From Nymphaea colorata (taxonomy: Eukaryota), in the NCBI RefSeq assembly GCF_008831285.2, contig NC_045138.2:36518001-36582000 (forward strand): 64,000 nucleotides of DNA, given 5' to 3'. Below are positions 46,399 to 59,400 of the stretch, piece by piece. How positions within the stretch are numbered: position 1 is the stretch's first letter; the number at the start of each line of letters is the position of its first letter. A program made the position numbers and the translations under genes. Under the pieces are notes generated by a model. That model searched no databases. It had not been told where the DNA came from and saw nothing but the letters and a program-made list of their open reading frames with translations.

Positions 46399-49300
46399 AG
46401 GCGAGGACATCCTTCCTTCTCAGACTGTCTATACGGGAAATTAAAGTACGTCATTAGAGCCTACAACGGTGATTGTCCAGTACTGCTGGACTATGGAGGT
46501 TTGGGACTTCTTAGAGGATAGGGTTTAACAGAATATTACAGAAACTTTTCTTTTCCTTTTTAATAATAAGGATACTCGGGCTAGGATGGCCTCAATGTGT
46601 GTACTTTTTATGCAGTCGGTTGGAGTAGTAGATCTCCTTTACTTACAAGATCAAGTATGCATGGTCATAGCTGCTCCATTAACTTAGCATTTAGAAAGTA
46701 AAATAAACTAAGGAGTCTCTTTTCTTCCACAAAGCAGATTTCGCACCATGTTCTCCTCTAGCTCTATTTTCGTAAAGGGTGCAGATTCCCGCTGCCGCAG
46801 TAGCTGAGATCTAGTAAAAAGCATTTGTCTCTTGTATGGAGATATTCTTAGAGCCATTTAGTTGGGCAGAACAATGAGATGCATGAAACGAAACAACAAC
46901 AACCCATTCTGTAGCTGGTGTTTCGTTCCACCAATCAAGTGACCTCTTACAATCCCGATGTTTGAAGCTGTTTGGCTCCTCCCAATGCGGTCATCGGTTC
47001 CTTATTGACCAACTCTGACCAGCTTTGCTTTTACCAACTAAGGGGCCAATCTAATGCAAGATCTTTTAATTTAGATGGGTTGTTGACGACAATCAAGAAT
47101 GTCAATAATATGACATGCATTCAAGAATTTATGACACAAGAAAACACTGTTCATGAAAAACGGAACAAATTTTAATTACTGCAGGTACAAAAGAATCAAA
47201 GGGCCTTCACCTCACAACTGTAGATGGGACCATGGGCACAGCAGATTAAATGAGAGCGACCATGTCTCCCGCTTCAAAAGTAGTTGCACTGCTACTGAAA
47301 AAAAAAAAAGGCTTTCAGAAATGCATGATTTGCAGTTGAACTCTGATCAACTCAGATATGTGGATCCTACATTGTCCAGCTTTGATGAAACCATTTAAAC
47401 ACAGCAAAGTGTCAAAAAATCCATAATTTAGAGTTGAACTATTATCAACTCAGCGATGTGGATCCTGCATGATCCAATCTTGACTAAGCCGCTTACCGCG
47501 GTGACACTTAAAAGTAAGCTATAGTGGAGTCTGTTGAAATCCCTCGTGTTCGGTGCATTTCTGAAGGATTCTGCTTTCTGTGGCAGTACAGAAACGCGGT
47601 TCTGCAGGAAGCCTCTGCTTTCCATGAGATTACAAAGTGCACCATGTTCTCTCTTGGCCCATGGATGCTTCATCCAGCTTCTTTTTTCCTCTCTCTCCCA
47701 TCAAAGTTCGCAAAAAGGAAAATGCCGAATAAAGAAAAACGCAAAGAAGAAAACTTATTTTACATTTTAACGCGCGCGAGACTACCCACGTTCGAAAGTA
47801 AAGACCCTTTTCTGCTCTTCACTAAGATATTGAAGAAAATCTTTTATGCCCATCATGGACCTTTGTTTTCTACTACAGAATAAAACGCAGAAAACGATCG
47901 AGCTGTGATACAAAAGAAAAAAAAAGAAAGGAAAAAGGAAGAAAGAAGAAGAGCAAAAAGCACGTCTGCTGTTTCTTTCCGTTTAATATCGAAAGGGAAA
48001 GCAATGGCGTTCGCCTTTAAATCTTATCATCTAACTCAACGTCAAACAGACTTAAAAAATTGAAGGTTCACAGAAGCAGCATGGCAACAGTAACATAAGT
48101 AAATTTATTCCTCCTTTTCCCCCTCATTTCTAACTCACGGGTGCACATTGAAGTCACCACCCCAAGAAAGATACACACAATTTTTACCATGAAAAATGGA
48201 CCCACTTCCTATATCTACCTAATTAGCATGTCCTTATGGAATGAAACGAAGGCCCTAGAGTCTTCCAAAAAGACCAATATGCTCATGGCCCTCTTCACAG
48301 AGGGGATTCTCATGGTCCCCATCTTCCTTTTGGGCATCATGTATCTTGCATGAGCCTCTAAAATCTTGAGTTTGGAGGATTCAAAACTTATATACGGTAC
48401 ATTTATTCATTGGAACATGACCAACATGAAAGTAATAAATGTGGACCATAAGGATTCCTAGTGTCGGCATCATGGGTTCATTCTCCTGAACACAGGCATG
48501 GCCCTCCTGTCAACATATTTCTTTTCCAAGATTCTGGACTGTGAATGACATGACTCCGCGTCTTAGGCCATTGTTGCTACAACCAGTAGGGGGAGAGGTA
48601 GAACAAAAGCGAGCAATCGCGCCCGAGTTTTGTTTCTTATATTCCAAAACTTTCCAGCATGAGTTCAGTCATGAGTTTAGTTTATGCCCGGCCTTAATAA
48701 GATGCATTATTGGATCTGTTTTTCTGTGTAATTCTCATCTAGAAGTAGTACCTGAAGTGATATCATGCATGGAAGCGTGAACTCATGAATGCCATTAATT
48801 GTGACGTTGACGCTAACATATGAATGGAGCTCTAATTTGGATTGTTGCACGGCATTCGAATTGCTTTAGGATGCCATGCAGAAGACAACTCTTAACTCTA
48901 TGACATAGTTGCAAAGTACATATTTTTCTTGTAAAAACAACTTCACTTATGGTACCTTGTAGACCATAATAAAGTCCATCAAATGACGCATAATAAGTCT
49001 TCTCTCCATATATACTTCTCATATTCACCCAGTTCACGTATTTTAAGAGCTACATATATATAAGGACTGGATGTGGTTTGGTAACTAGGATCAAAATTTG
49101 TTGAAATATTACCGTGTGACAATGGTGGAAGGCAGCAAGTGACAGGCAGAATTGATTTATTTGAATCTGCTTAAAGTCCCCTCGATTTCAATTTTTCTGT
49201 TAGCTCGTGTACGTAGAATGAACTGTAAGGAAAATCCAAACTACACTTAAAATCATCATCTTCACATATAGGGTGGATCATCCTAAAAAGGGGAAGCAAA

Positions 49301-49747
49301 CCAAGTAAAACTGATGAATTTCTTATTTATAAATAGATGATCGGTCTACAAGATCAAATAACTAACTTTTGAAATATCTATAGGCTTTTCTTCCTTATAT
49401 ACTTAGAGTTCTGCAAGTTATTTCTTCCATATAAGTATTAGATGCTTTGGTCTTGCAGATGTTTTATGGCACGGAATATACCTGGGAAGGCTTTCCAAAT
49501 TGTCAATGTGATATCATGGAAAGATCGATCCTTGGCTGGAACGCCGCCTGCAATAAATGATGCTTCACCATAGTGCGTGGAATGAACAATCTTATACAGT
49601 GTTGAAGCATTGGGATACCAGATTATTATTGCGTATGGCACACTTTGTAGAAATGATAAGGTTGATGGCTGCTCAGTAATTTAACTATTATGCTTCCTTT
49701 TCTCAATCTTTGTCGCAAGCTAACACATGATGGCCACAATCCAAACT

Positions 49748-49748
<1 letters not shown>

Positions 49749-49800
<52 letters not shown>
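49749..49800. repeat. (AG)n microsatellite upstream of the HSF start
   Basis: About 26 perfect AG units, about 175 bp before the ATG at 49975. Confidence 0.95.
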
Positions 49801-49804
<4 letters not shown>

Positions 49805-49974
49805 AAGAACTTTATTGAGGATGATGACAGGAAAAGGGAGAGTGAAATGAGTATATGAACTTTATAGAGGATGATGGCACAGGGGGAGAGAAAGAGAGAG
49901 AGGGAGGGAGGGAGGTGAATGTTCTTATTGCTGGGGGGATAAAGTAGAGGTGTGCTTGTGTGGGTATCTGTAAC

Positions 49975-51871
49975 ATGGGTGTGTTGGTGAGCAGCTGTGA
50001 AGGGATGCTGGTGACAATGGAGTCAAACCAAACAGTGCCAGCACCCTTCCTGATAAAGACCTACCAACTTGTTGACGACAACTCTACCGACGACATTGTT
50101 TCATGGGGTGAAGATGGATCCACCTTCGTCGTCTGGAGGCCGCCTGAGTTCGCTAGAGACCTCCTCCCCAACTACTTCAAGCACAACAATTTCTCAAGTT
50201 TTGTTAGGCAGCTTAACACATATGTAAGAACTCCCATCTTCTGTTTTTTTCTTTTTCCTCATCTTCGTCACTTCTTTTTCTTCTGATCTCTTTCTATATT
50301 TTTCTTTTATAGCTGAACTTCTTCAACAAATAGATTCCAGTTTTCATCATAATGTATAGTTCAACTTAAAACAAAAATTCTTTAGCTCTTATTTTTGCTG
50401 TAAATTGCATCAACAGCGTTTCCTTCCCCAAGTTCTAGAGAGCGCCAAAAGCAGATTTTTCATGAAAAATGGAATCTGTAATCATGGCTGGGTGACCTTT
50501 ACGATTTGCATCTGTTAATCCATTTCAACCAAAGGTAACAGAAAATAGCATCTTGATGAAACATCTTGATCGTGCTCAGGGTTTGGAGATGATCTGCGCT
50601 TGTAAAACCTCAAGTCCTGAGTTGTCCGCCAGAAAATACCGCGAGTTTTACCTTCTTGGCAAGAAATATGGACATACTGATTTTGAACATGGTCCCATTG
50701 TAATGGCGATTTCACGGAGCCGCCCACTACCAGATGAGGACCTCATGAGTTCATCTGCAAAAGTTAGTAGAATAAGCAGATTTTGGTGCAAAACTTGCAA
50801 ACCTGTGCCACTTTCACATGATTTAAGCAACTCCAAATGTGATCTTCAACATTTTTGGTCTCTTGCCAATCACTTCAAAGACTCTCCGTTTCTGATCTAA
50901 AAGTGATCTACTTAATATAGCAGACCCTGACGGTTTGATCAAATCTAAATATCCTCAACATTTTTAGGTTTGATCTGCCAGCTGTTGCAGATATCTGTTC
51001 TCATTCAAAACTGATTCGTGTACTACCAGATCAACCATGGTTAGATGGATATGCAGTATTTCTTTGTTCTACATCAAGTTCCATACAGCATACTTGCGAT
51101 CTCTAGTTCTGCTCTTCTTCTTCATCATGGGTTTTCGGAATGGGGCTTAGACCCTTTTCACTTTAGAAAGATTTTACATGCTTTGGACCGTGATAATGGC
51201 ATTTTGTGCTGTGTAAAACTGATTCATGTTGTCACTTGGCCTTCTTTCTGTTGTTTCAGAGATTCAGGAAGATAGTTCCAGACAGATGGGAGTTTGCTAA
51301 TGAATTTTTCAGGAAAGGAAAGAAGCATTTGCTTTGTGAAATCCACAGAAGGAAGGCAGCTCAACTCTCGGGTCACCGGCATGATCACCACCCTCACATG
51401 ATCCACGAGCATCCAAACTCACCGGCACCATACCCATGGATCAGATTAAGCTCGGACGGTCAAGCTAACTGGTGGGATTCACCATCACCATCTCCAAGGG
51501 ACACTTCAGTTCCAAAAGGCAACACTGACCTTCTGTCATCTCTCACAGAGGATAACCAGAGGCTGAGGAAAACCAACTCCCTGCTGCTGGCAGAGTTGTC
51601 CCACATGAGAAAGCTCTACAAAGACATCATCTACTTTGTTCAGAACCATGTGAAACCAGCATCGCCACCAAATTTACCAGCCTACCCTCCACTGCCACTT
51701 CACCATCAGAGACTCATAGAGTTTAGGCTCTCCCCTGAAGGAACTACAAGGAACAACAGTCTGACCAGCACCAACTCACTCACTATAGAAGAAGAAGCAG
51801 AAGACGACGTCAAGCTCTTTGGGGTTCCTCTCCATGGCAAGAAGAGAACGCACTCAGCTGCAACTGGTTGA
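49975..51871 (+). CDS. HSFB4: Heat stress transcription factor class B4 (SCHIZORIZA-like), 286 aa
   Basis: Exon 1 49975-50223 ([14 protein letters not shown]...[30 protein letters not shown]) and exon 2 51260-51871 ([32 protein letters not shown]; compact [43 protein letters not shown]; repressor/[15 protein letters not shown]). The intron sits at the conserved HSF position. Confidence 0.93.
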
Positions 51872-54085
51872 TCATCGACCATGTTTAAACCCCCAAACAG
51901 GACAGAGTATCAACTCAACTGGGTCGTGTCTGGCTCCTTGGGTCAACCTAAGGCTGGTCTATTATCCACGCAGCCATTTCTAGGGGCTAAGTGAAGCTGC
52001 GCCTATGGAGTTTCAGCGAGCATGGCCGCACTGCAAAAACTTCGCTTCGTGTTTCATATGTGTTCTAAAAGATCTGAGAGAAGCAACTGAATGTATTGTA
52101 TGAGCTAATTGCCATAGGGCTAACAAAGGCTGTGTGGATTTTGGATGTGGAGATTCCAACATTAAGGCTCCCCCAACATGTTCTTGCTTTAAGTTTACTA
52201 ATTTTATTAGGTCCCAAAGGCACTTAAAAAGCTTTGTGACAAAAGAAAAAGAAGACAGAGATTCCCAGCAGTTTTGTGTTTAGCGTATGGCAAATACTAT
52301 GCAACTGTTTATTAAACCATGACAAACTTAATGACATGGAATGAATGAATAGTAACCCCATTAAAAAAACAGTATCTAAACTGATGACCAGCCGTGTCAT
52401 TGTTTGTTGAAGGGTATAACATAGTTGGTCGAGCATGTGAATGCATAAAAGGTGCGTCTGATTCCTGTGAGTACTACTCTAAATCATATAAAGCTAAGTG
52501 GGAGCGATTGATTCTGATTCCTGTGAATGCTACTCCTCTAAATCATACAAACTGAGATTGACACCGACACTGATCGATATAACAACTTCCAAGGTAAGGG
52601 GAACGATTCTGAAACGGTAGTTGCTCACCACATCAGTGGTGCCATCGTTGGTCATGGTCTGATTTTTTTTTGAAGGTTGGTTTGGTTCTAAGGGATGTCA
52701 TGTCAGTGATTTAGATAAATGACCGACCGAAGCATTTCTGGAGAGGAGCAGAATATCGAAAAGATGTTCTCGTTCTAAACGACAATCGGGTCGGACACAA
52801 GATTCATATCCGAATGTGATTTTACATGAACATACGGTCGGATAATGGGTATCATCAGATCGAAATTATGAACATATGCACTTGAATAAAATTTCTCAGA
52901 TCCATGCATGTCCGGTTCAACCTTCGGGCTTATATCCAAACATCCTTACCCAATATTGCAAAAATCAGACGTTATGAGTCATGATTTGATTGTACAGTGT
53001 ATATTATTTCTATGGTCGGACGGCTACTTTTCTATTTTGTATCAATTCAAACTACCGCAAAAGTGTATTCACGACGGCTAATTGGTTGCCCACAGTTTTT
53101 AACAGTGAAATGCATTTTTTACAATGGTTTTTAGTGATATAAAATACAAAAATAACAATTCAGGGATATACACAAGATTCATACTCAGGTTGTGAAACTC
53201 CAATTTGTGATGCCAACAAAAGAGTTCCCTTACGATGCCGAATTTGGTCAAATTAATATATTAAATAACTGCAAAATATTAAAATTTAAACAGTTCTAAA
53301 AATTGCCAATTTTAATTCGTTGTTTTATTATATAATTAGATTTGTGAAAAACAACTCAAAACAGGATTGTAACCTGACCCGAGCCGATTACAATTTTACT
53401 CCCGACGGTTTACGACTCGGTTTCAAAAGTTCGATCAAGTCGGATTGATAAAAGCTAGATCCAAACAGATCCAGAACCGTCTATCAGTGGATTCTCTATG
53501 GGTTGGGTCAAGGTCGATCACGATCCGCCCCCACAAATAAAAATCGCGCTAGGGCTTCAAAGGAAGTCCAGGCTTCCGCAAAAAAAATCGACGCTCTTCC
53601 TGCACGAGGAAAACTACCCTTCTCTGTCTCGTTACCGTCCTTCCAAATGCAGGGAGTTGTTTCATTCAGACAGGCAGCGATCGGCGATTCTGCGCTGCTT
53701 TGCACCGGTATCGATCAAACTAGAAGCAGGGCAAATTATCCTGTTGTTAACGTTCGGTTTCCAGGATTAGGAATTGTCGCCTCCCAAAATTTGCAAATTG
53801 GTGAGGCCTCACTGCACCCATTCCAGGATTCTTCATCTATTTTCCCTTCTTTGAAATCATTTTGGGCGTGTTGTGTTTGTCTGGTTATACAATTTTCATT
53901 TTGATGAAGGTAATTCTCATAGGCCATCAAGCATGTCAAGGTAATTTCTTAACGGTGAAGTTTTGCGCTGAAGAAAGGAAAGAAAATGTTTGGACTTAAA
54001 AAGGGTTTCCCATTTTTCTCAGTTATCATTTTATGTCTCAACTGCACCTTAGAAGATTGACTCAAGGGCGTGTACTCACACTCAA

Positions 54086-54298
54086 AGGGTGGGCAACAGG
54101 CCTGGTACTTAATGGGGTAGAGGGCAACAGGCCTGGTACTTAATGGGTAGAGGGGTACCCAGTCCGTGATGGATGGCCTTAGGCTGCTTTTTTGAATCTT
54201 GGGTGGGCCTGATTAAAAGAATTTGCTAGGCTGGGCTAGCCTCAATTGGGTATTAGGGGCTCGATTCGATCTGATATATTTAAAACTCATCTATTGGT

Positions 54299-54346
<48 letters not shown>

Positions 54347-54680
54347 TTGGCAAATGATACTAGTAATAATTGGCTTACTTAAAAACTTTTGGTGCATCTT
54401 CCATTACTCTCTTAAAAACTCTTCATAACTCTTCATGTGTCGCTAATAGTACTCTTAGATGTCGTTGATGGCACTCTTAGCAACACTTAAGGGTTTTTGA
54501 GATATTAAAATATGAAATATAAAATGTTTTGAATATGGGTGGACGAACCAAGTACCAGACATATATAAAGTTGATGTCAGGCTCGGCCCGATAACTAAGT
54601 AGGCTGAGCTTGTTTCACTAACCTGAACCCAACTTTGTTGGGCATCAGGATAGGTTGGCCCGGCCCGATGCCCACATCAT
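54086..54680. mobile_element. Degenerate hAT-like MITE with an internal 31-bp duplication and (TA)n
   Basis: Left end GTGGGCAACAGGCCTGG versus reverse complement of right end GTGGGCATCGGGCCGGG; GGGCAACAGGCCTGGTACTTAATGGG(G)TAGA at 54091 and 54122; no TSD found. Confidence 0.5.
54304..54343. repeat. (TA)n microsatellite
   Basis: About 20 TA units. Confidence 0.95.
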
Positions 54681-56493
54681 TGTATTATTCTTTTGAGTTG
54701 TAAATGGAGGCAAACGTAACCCTTGAGTTGAAGAATGTACCGTAAGTTTTTGAAAGCAGAATAGTATGACCTTCAGGCAAAAGCCACTTCCCCTTAAGTA
54801 AACATTTAAAAATGTAGGATCACTTCAAAGCTGAGCAAGCTCGTTAATGACATTATCTGTTGAGAGCAAAAGTAATAGGCATGCTAACACGACTTCATTA
54901 TCCGAATAAGAGTGGCGGGAGCATCTCAAAACCTATGGTTAGACATCTCCATCTCAATTGTCGATTTGCTGGGACAAATGCATTACAAAAACTTGCGTTA
55001 AATAGTCAGTTTTTAGACTCCTTAACGCTTATGATTCATCAAGCTAAACGTCTTAGATTAGACATAAAGATCTACACTTCAAATCTTCATGTTACCACCT
55101 CTAGTCTTTTCCCCCTTTTCGTTTGCTTCCTATCTCTGGCACTAGCAAGTATTCTTATCTCATTTCATTTCATGTTAGTGGCATATCCGAGAAGAACACA
55201 ACAAACATGAATGAAAAAATAAATAATCCAAAAGAGTTTTAGAGGGTATATAGATGACATTCTCATCTAACCCGTTTTGTGAAAACTTGGTTTTATTTAA
55301 TGAATTTTAAAAAAATTAGTTTATATTTTTGGGTGACACACAAAAGATCTGGTTGTTTGTGATAATCAGAGGGAGTTCAAGGTTTTCTTTTCTTTTTTAA
55401 AACCAGGTTTTGTCAAAACCAGATTTAAAGACTCAAACACTCCCAAAGCTTGGTTTTACAAGCAAAACCAAGTTTTATCTCCAAAACCTAGTTTTGGACA
55501 AGGTTAAACTTACGTGGAGGTCCGTACCCGGGCTTTTCCCCTCTAATCCTGACCCGTTCTCTTCTTTTTTTATAAATGAGATGGTCTGTTCGTTCCCCGC
55601 GTCTCTTCCTCTCCTCTCTCTGCTGATGCATTCCGGCCTCGTGTTGTTGGCGAACTCGTTCCTGGGGGCAACGAGCGAGGAGGACAATCTTGTCTATCTC
55701 TGAATTTCTGTTTCGGTAAGACGTCGGTTCTTCTTTTCCTTTTCCCGTTATCGCTTCTGCCTCTCCTAGGGTCCCGGCCCTTCTCGGCGCTTTCTTTAGG
55801 GGTTGACATGATGAAATTCGGGCATTATTTTTCTTGTTCCTAGGTTAAACACCGTCAGTGGTTGTCTTGTTTGGTTTGGGTTCAGTACGTTGACTATTTC
55901 GAGTCATTCGTGATGAATTTGTGAGCTAGGGTTTTTGGAATAACTGGCTTCTCAGTGCGAAGTTTGTTGTGGATCGTGTTTTAGATAAAGCAGGTCTGTT
56001 GGGAAGAAGTTCGTAGGCTGTTTCATAAGCCAAGTCGAATGGCCTGAGTGAAGGATGCCAGGCATAATGGTGAAGAAAATTTACGTTGGCTAGATTGCTT
56101 TCCTCTATTTTTGTTTGAGATTTTCTTGTAAGTACATAGAGCATCGAATCCGAAGACTGCCTCTCCTTTGCATTGTTTGTGTTCGTCTATTTCATCCTAG
56201 AGTTGCTTCCGCCGATCTTGTCAAGAAGATCTTCTTAGCATTGCATCCATGTCAATCCTGCGTTGTAAATTTGTTTCTCAGAAGTGTTTTATTTTCTAGC
56301 GTTATTTCCTGATGAATTTCGGATCCCACCTGTATTTCTACCGGTGAACAAGAGAAGAACTTATGGTGTCTAGAATCTTTAACTGCTTCTGGAAGCTAAT
56401 ACATAATTTCTTTTGGGGTCCTTCTCCTACAGTATGCTACATTTATTTGCAAAGTTAACGGAGAATATGATGTTTATCTAGGTCTCTTTCACA

Positions 56494-59400
56494 ATGGATT
56501 CAACTTTGGCATCTCAATCTCCTGATAGTTCGGATGCTAAACCATCATTTCGGAAGCCAGCCAGTGATGCAGTGAATCGGAGATATAGGCGGCACTCACC
56601 TGCCTCTGGATCTGCGTCACCTTCCTCAAGCGGTGTGATATTATGCTCCATTTTTCTTTGTGTTGTATTCGAAGGTCCAACCAATAGGCGTGAAAGTCCT
56701 TTAATTTGTCAGTTGGACTAGTACTCCATGTTGCTGTTTCTTTTATTTTCACTGATATGTGCTATGATATGATTTAGGAGGCACAGTTTTAACTTTTAAA
56801 AGATTACACCTCGAACTTTTGTTAAAATGTTGGACATGTGGAAACTGACAAATTAAATTCCATTTGTTTTTTGAATCAAAAGTAGATCACAGTGAAATGA
56901 TATTACTGGCTGCCTATAGGAATCTTTGCACTTTGTTCACAAGAGCAAGGTCTGTAGATTTTCCGGTTCAATTTTTTAATTTTCCTAAATTTACAGCTAT
57001 GATATGGTTCATGGTAAGGGTCGACCTCATTGATCAATTGCCTGCTGCTTGGTATCTATAACTGCTGTTCTCTTGTAGATGGCAAACTTGGTCATTGTCA
57101 TGTATTCATGATTGCCTGGATCTTCACATGGGCGGATGGGCAGGCTTTGTCAACCCTCACCTTTTTGAACTTAGGATAACTTATTGTGGTATTATTCATT
57201 CTTTGTCTGGTCTCATCAAGACAGGAAGGCATGGAAAAAGGGGTGTGGGATTATTGTCATATCTGGACAGTCACCAAGAGGGAACACCAAGGTTGAGAAA
57301 AGAGGAAAAACAATTAAAGTCCGATGTTTTCCCTGATACCTGTCTAAACATCTCAGCATGACTAAACTTCTAAAATGTACATGAGCCATTTTCTAAGATC
57401 AAGCTCCTACAATGATAAGAAAATGAGTTCTTCTTTCTTTTATCACTTAGGATCCATGAGAGATGAAAGTCTCATGCCTGGTTTTGAATGAGAGAAAGAA
57501 GTGAGAAGTCCTCTTTCCAACTTTGACTCTCCCATTCCAATTGTTGCTTCTCTTTCTGTTACTTCGAAAGTAGCTGCTTCAGCTTCTGCCACTTAAATTT
57601 TTCATATTCCTTTTTATGGGTTATGTTTATTATCTTCTGTAGATATGTCTGGAAAATTTGAGAATAAACTAGTTCAAGATCAATCTTAGGCTTATCTTGA
57701 GCATGCGAAGGAACTTGGATTCAGATTCATTCAAGCTTGGCTTCTTTTCTCCTAAAAATTGCAGCTTCAAAAGAAGCCCAACTGTTTTGTGAAAGTCTCG
57801 GCTATTGTTTCACTGTGCATCTAATTACAACATTTTCTGATTAGCTAGTAAATCCCTTTCATGTTCACTATTTTTTGTGTTTTTCCTTGCTAGCTTGAAC
57901 TACTAAAATCTCAAATATTGTCTGTATATGATGGTATTATTGTTTACAATCTTTGTTTTCCTTTTTGGGGCATTCGTTAGGAAGTCCAACTCGAGGGCAT
58001 CGTCAGAGTCCAATTTACTCCAGGGACGTAAAGGATGCAGATGATAGGCGGAAAAGGAAGGATGATGGAATTTTTGACAAGGGTTATGGTCATAATCACT
58101 CAAGCAAACTGAGCAGTTCTTACAGGTCTTCGGGAAGAAACTCATATGAGAGTTCACATGTTGACCGCAGGTATGATGTATATGGAAGATCTCATAGGCG
58201 GGCTGACGAAGATAGGGACTATGGGAGGTCATCTTCTCGGTATGGAAAGGATTCAAAAGGTAGTAGTCGTGGTGATTATGCAAGATATGATGGTGATCAC
58301 GATCGGTCTAAGGATGACAGATATTGGGCAGACAGATTCTCTCGAGATAAAAATGCTGATGATGGAGCACTATCAAGTAGAAATAGTGACCGAGAGCACC
58401 GAAGGGATGAGGATTACTCCAGAAGCAAGCAGAGGAGCATGCTGGACAAGGACAGATCAGGGGATAGGGATAGACATAGAGATAGGAATGGAAGAGAGGA
58501 GGATAGAACTGATAACAGAAGGAGCTCAAGAGATGACAGGAATGACCATTCTTCAAGCCATGAGATACATAGGGAGCATAAAAGAAGCTCAAATGCTCTT
58601 AGAGATGGCAATGAAGATCATTTAAAAGAAGCTGGTTATGGAAGCAGGATGGAATTGGATGGACAAAAGGAAGAAAGGGTGTCAAGGAGGAAGATGGATG
58701 ATGTAAAGGAACATTTTAGCAGGGAGGAACACTTGCAAGATGCATCCAAAACTTCTAGGTACAGAGACCGTGAAGAGAAGACTGGCAAAAGTCATGAGAA
58801 AGATATTGACACGGATGTGCACAATTCATTTGACAAGAAGGTTAAACTATCCCAATCAGAAAAGGCTATTGGAGATGCTGCAAATGGTACATCTCATGAA
58901 TGAAAATACTTAGTAGTTTATACGTTTACGTACATTTCCATCGGTCTGCAAATAATATCTCTTATTTCAGATCTGGAATCCTCAAGGTCATCGACACATG
59001 GAACTGAAGAGAAGTCCTCATCTAGTTCAAAGCAGTTGGAAAACCCACCTTCCAAAGGGATTCTAGAGCCTCCCAGTTCTTCTGCAAGCATTGCTGAGGC
59101 TACAAATGATCTAAATGCTGCAAAAGTTGCAGCAATGAAAGCTGCTGAATTAGGTAAGCAGGTCCCTTTGGATTTTTTTTTTGGCAGGTGAATCTTGGTT
59201 TGTTCCATACCCGCTTATGCTGTTTGTTGGATGGCATCTTACCATCAAGTTCTGATCTTGTTCCATGATTTTGATCCACATCATTAAACAAAATTCTTGG
59301 TGCTTCATTCCTTCTGTCAGACTTGTGCATATCCTTGTTTTGAATTTCATGAAAGCTTTGTTCCTGAAAGATTATGTTTTTTCATGTCTACAGAAATTTT

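Noticed and set aside
50553..50900. 115-aa ORF inside the HSF intron
   Set aside because: No recognisable motif and no convincing splice sites.
57903..58625. Overlapping ORFs on both strands within the RSRC2-like large exon
   Set aside because: Expected by-products of low-complexity R/D/S codon usage.
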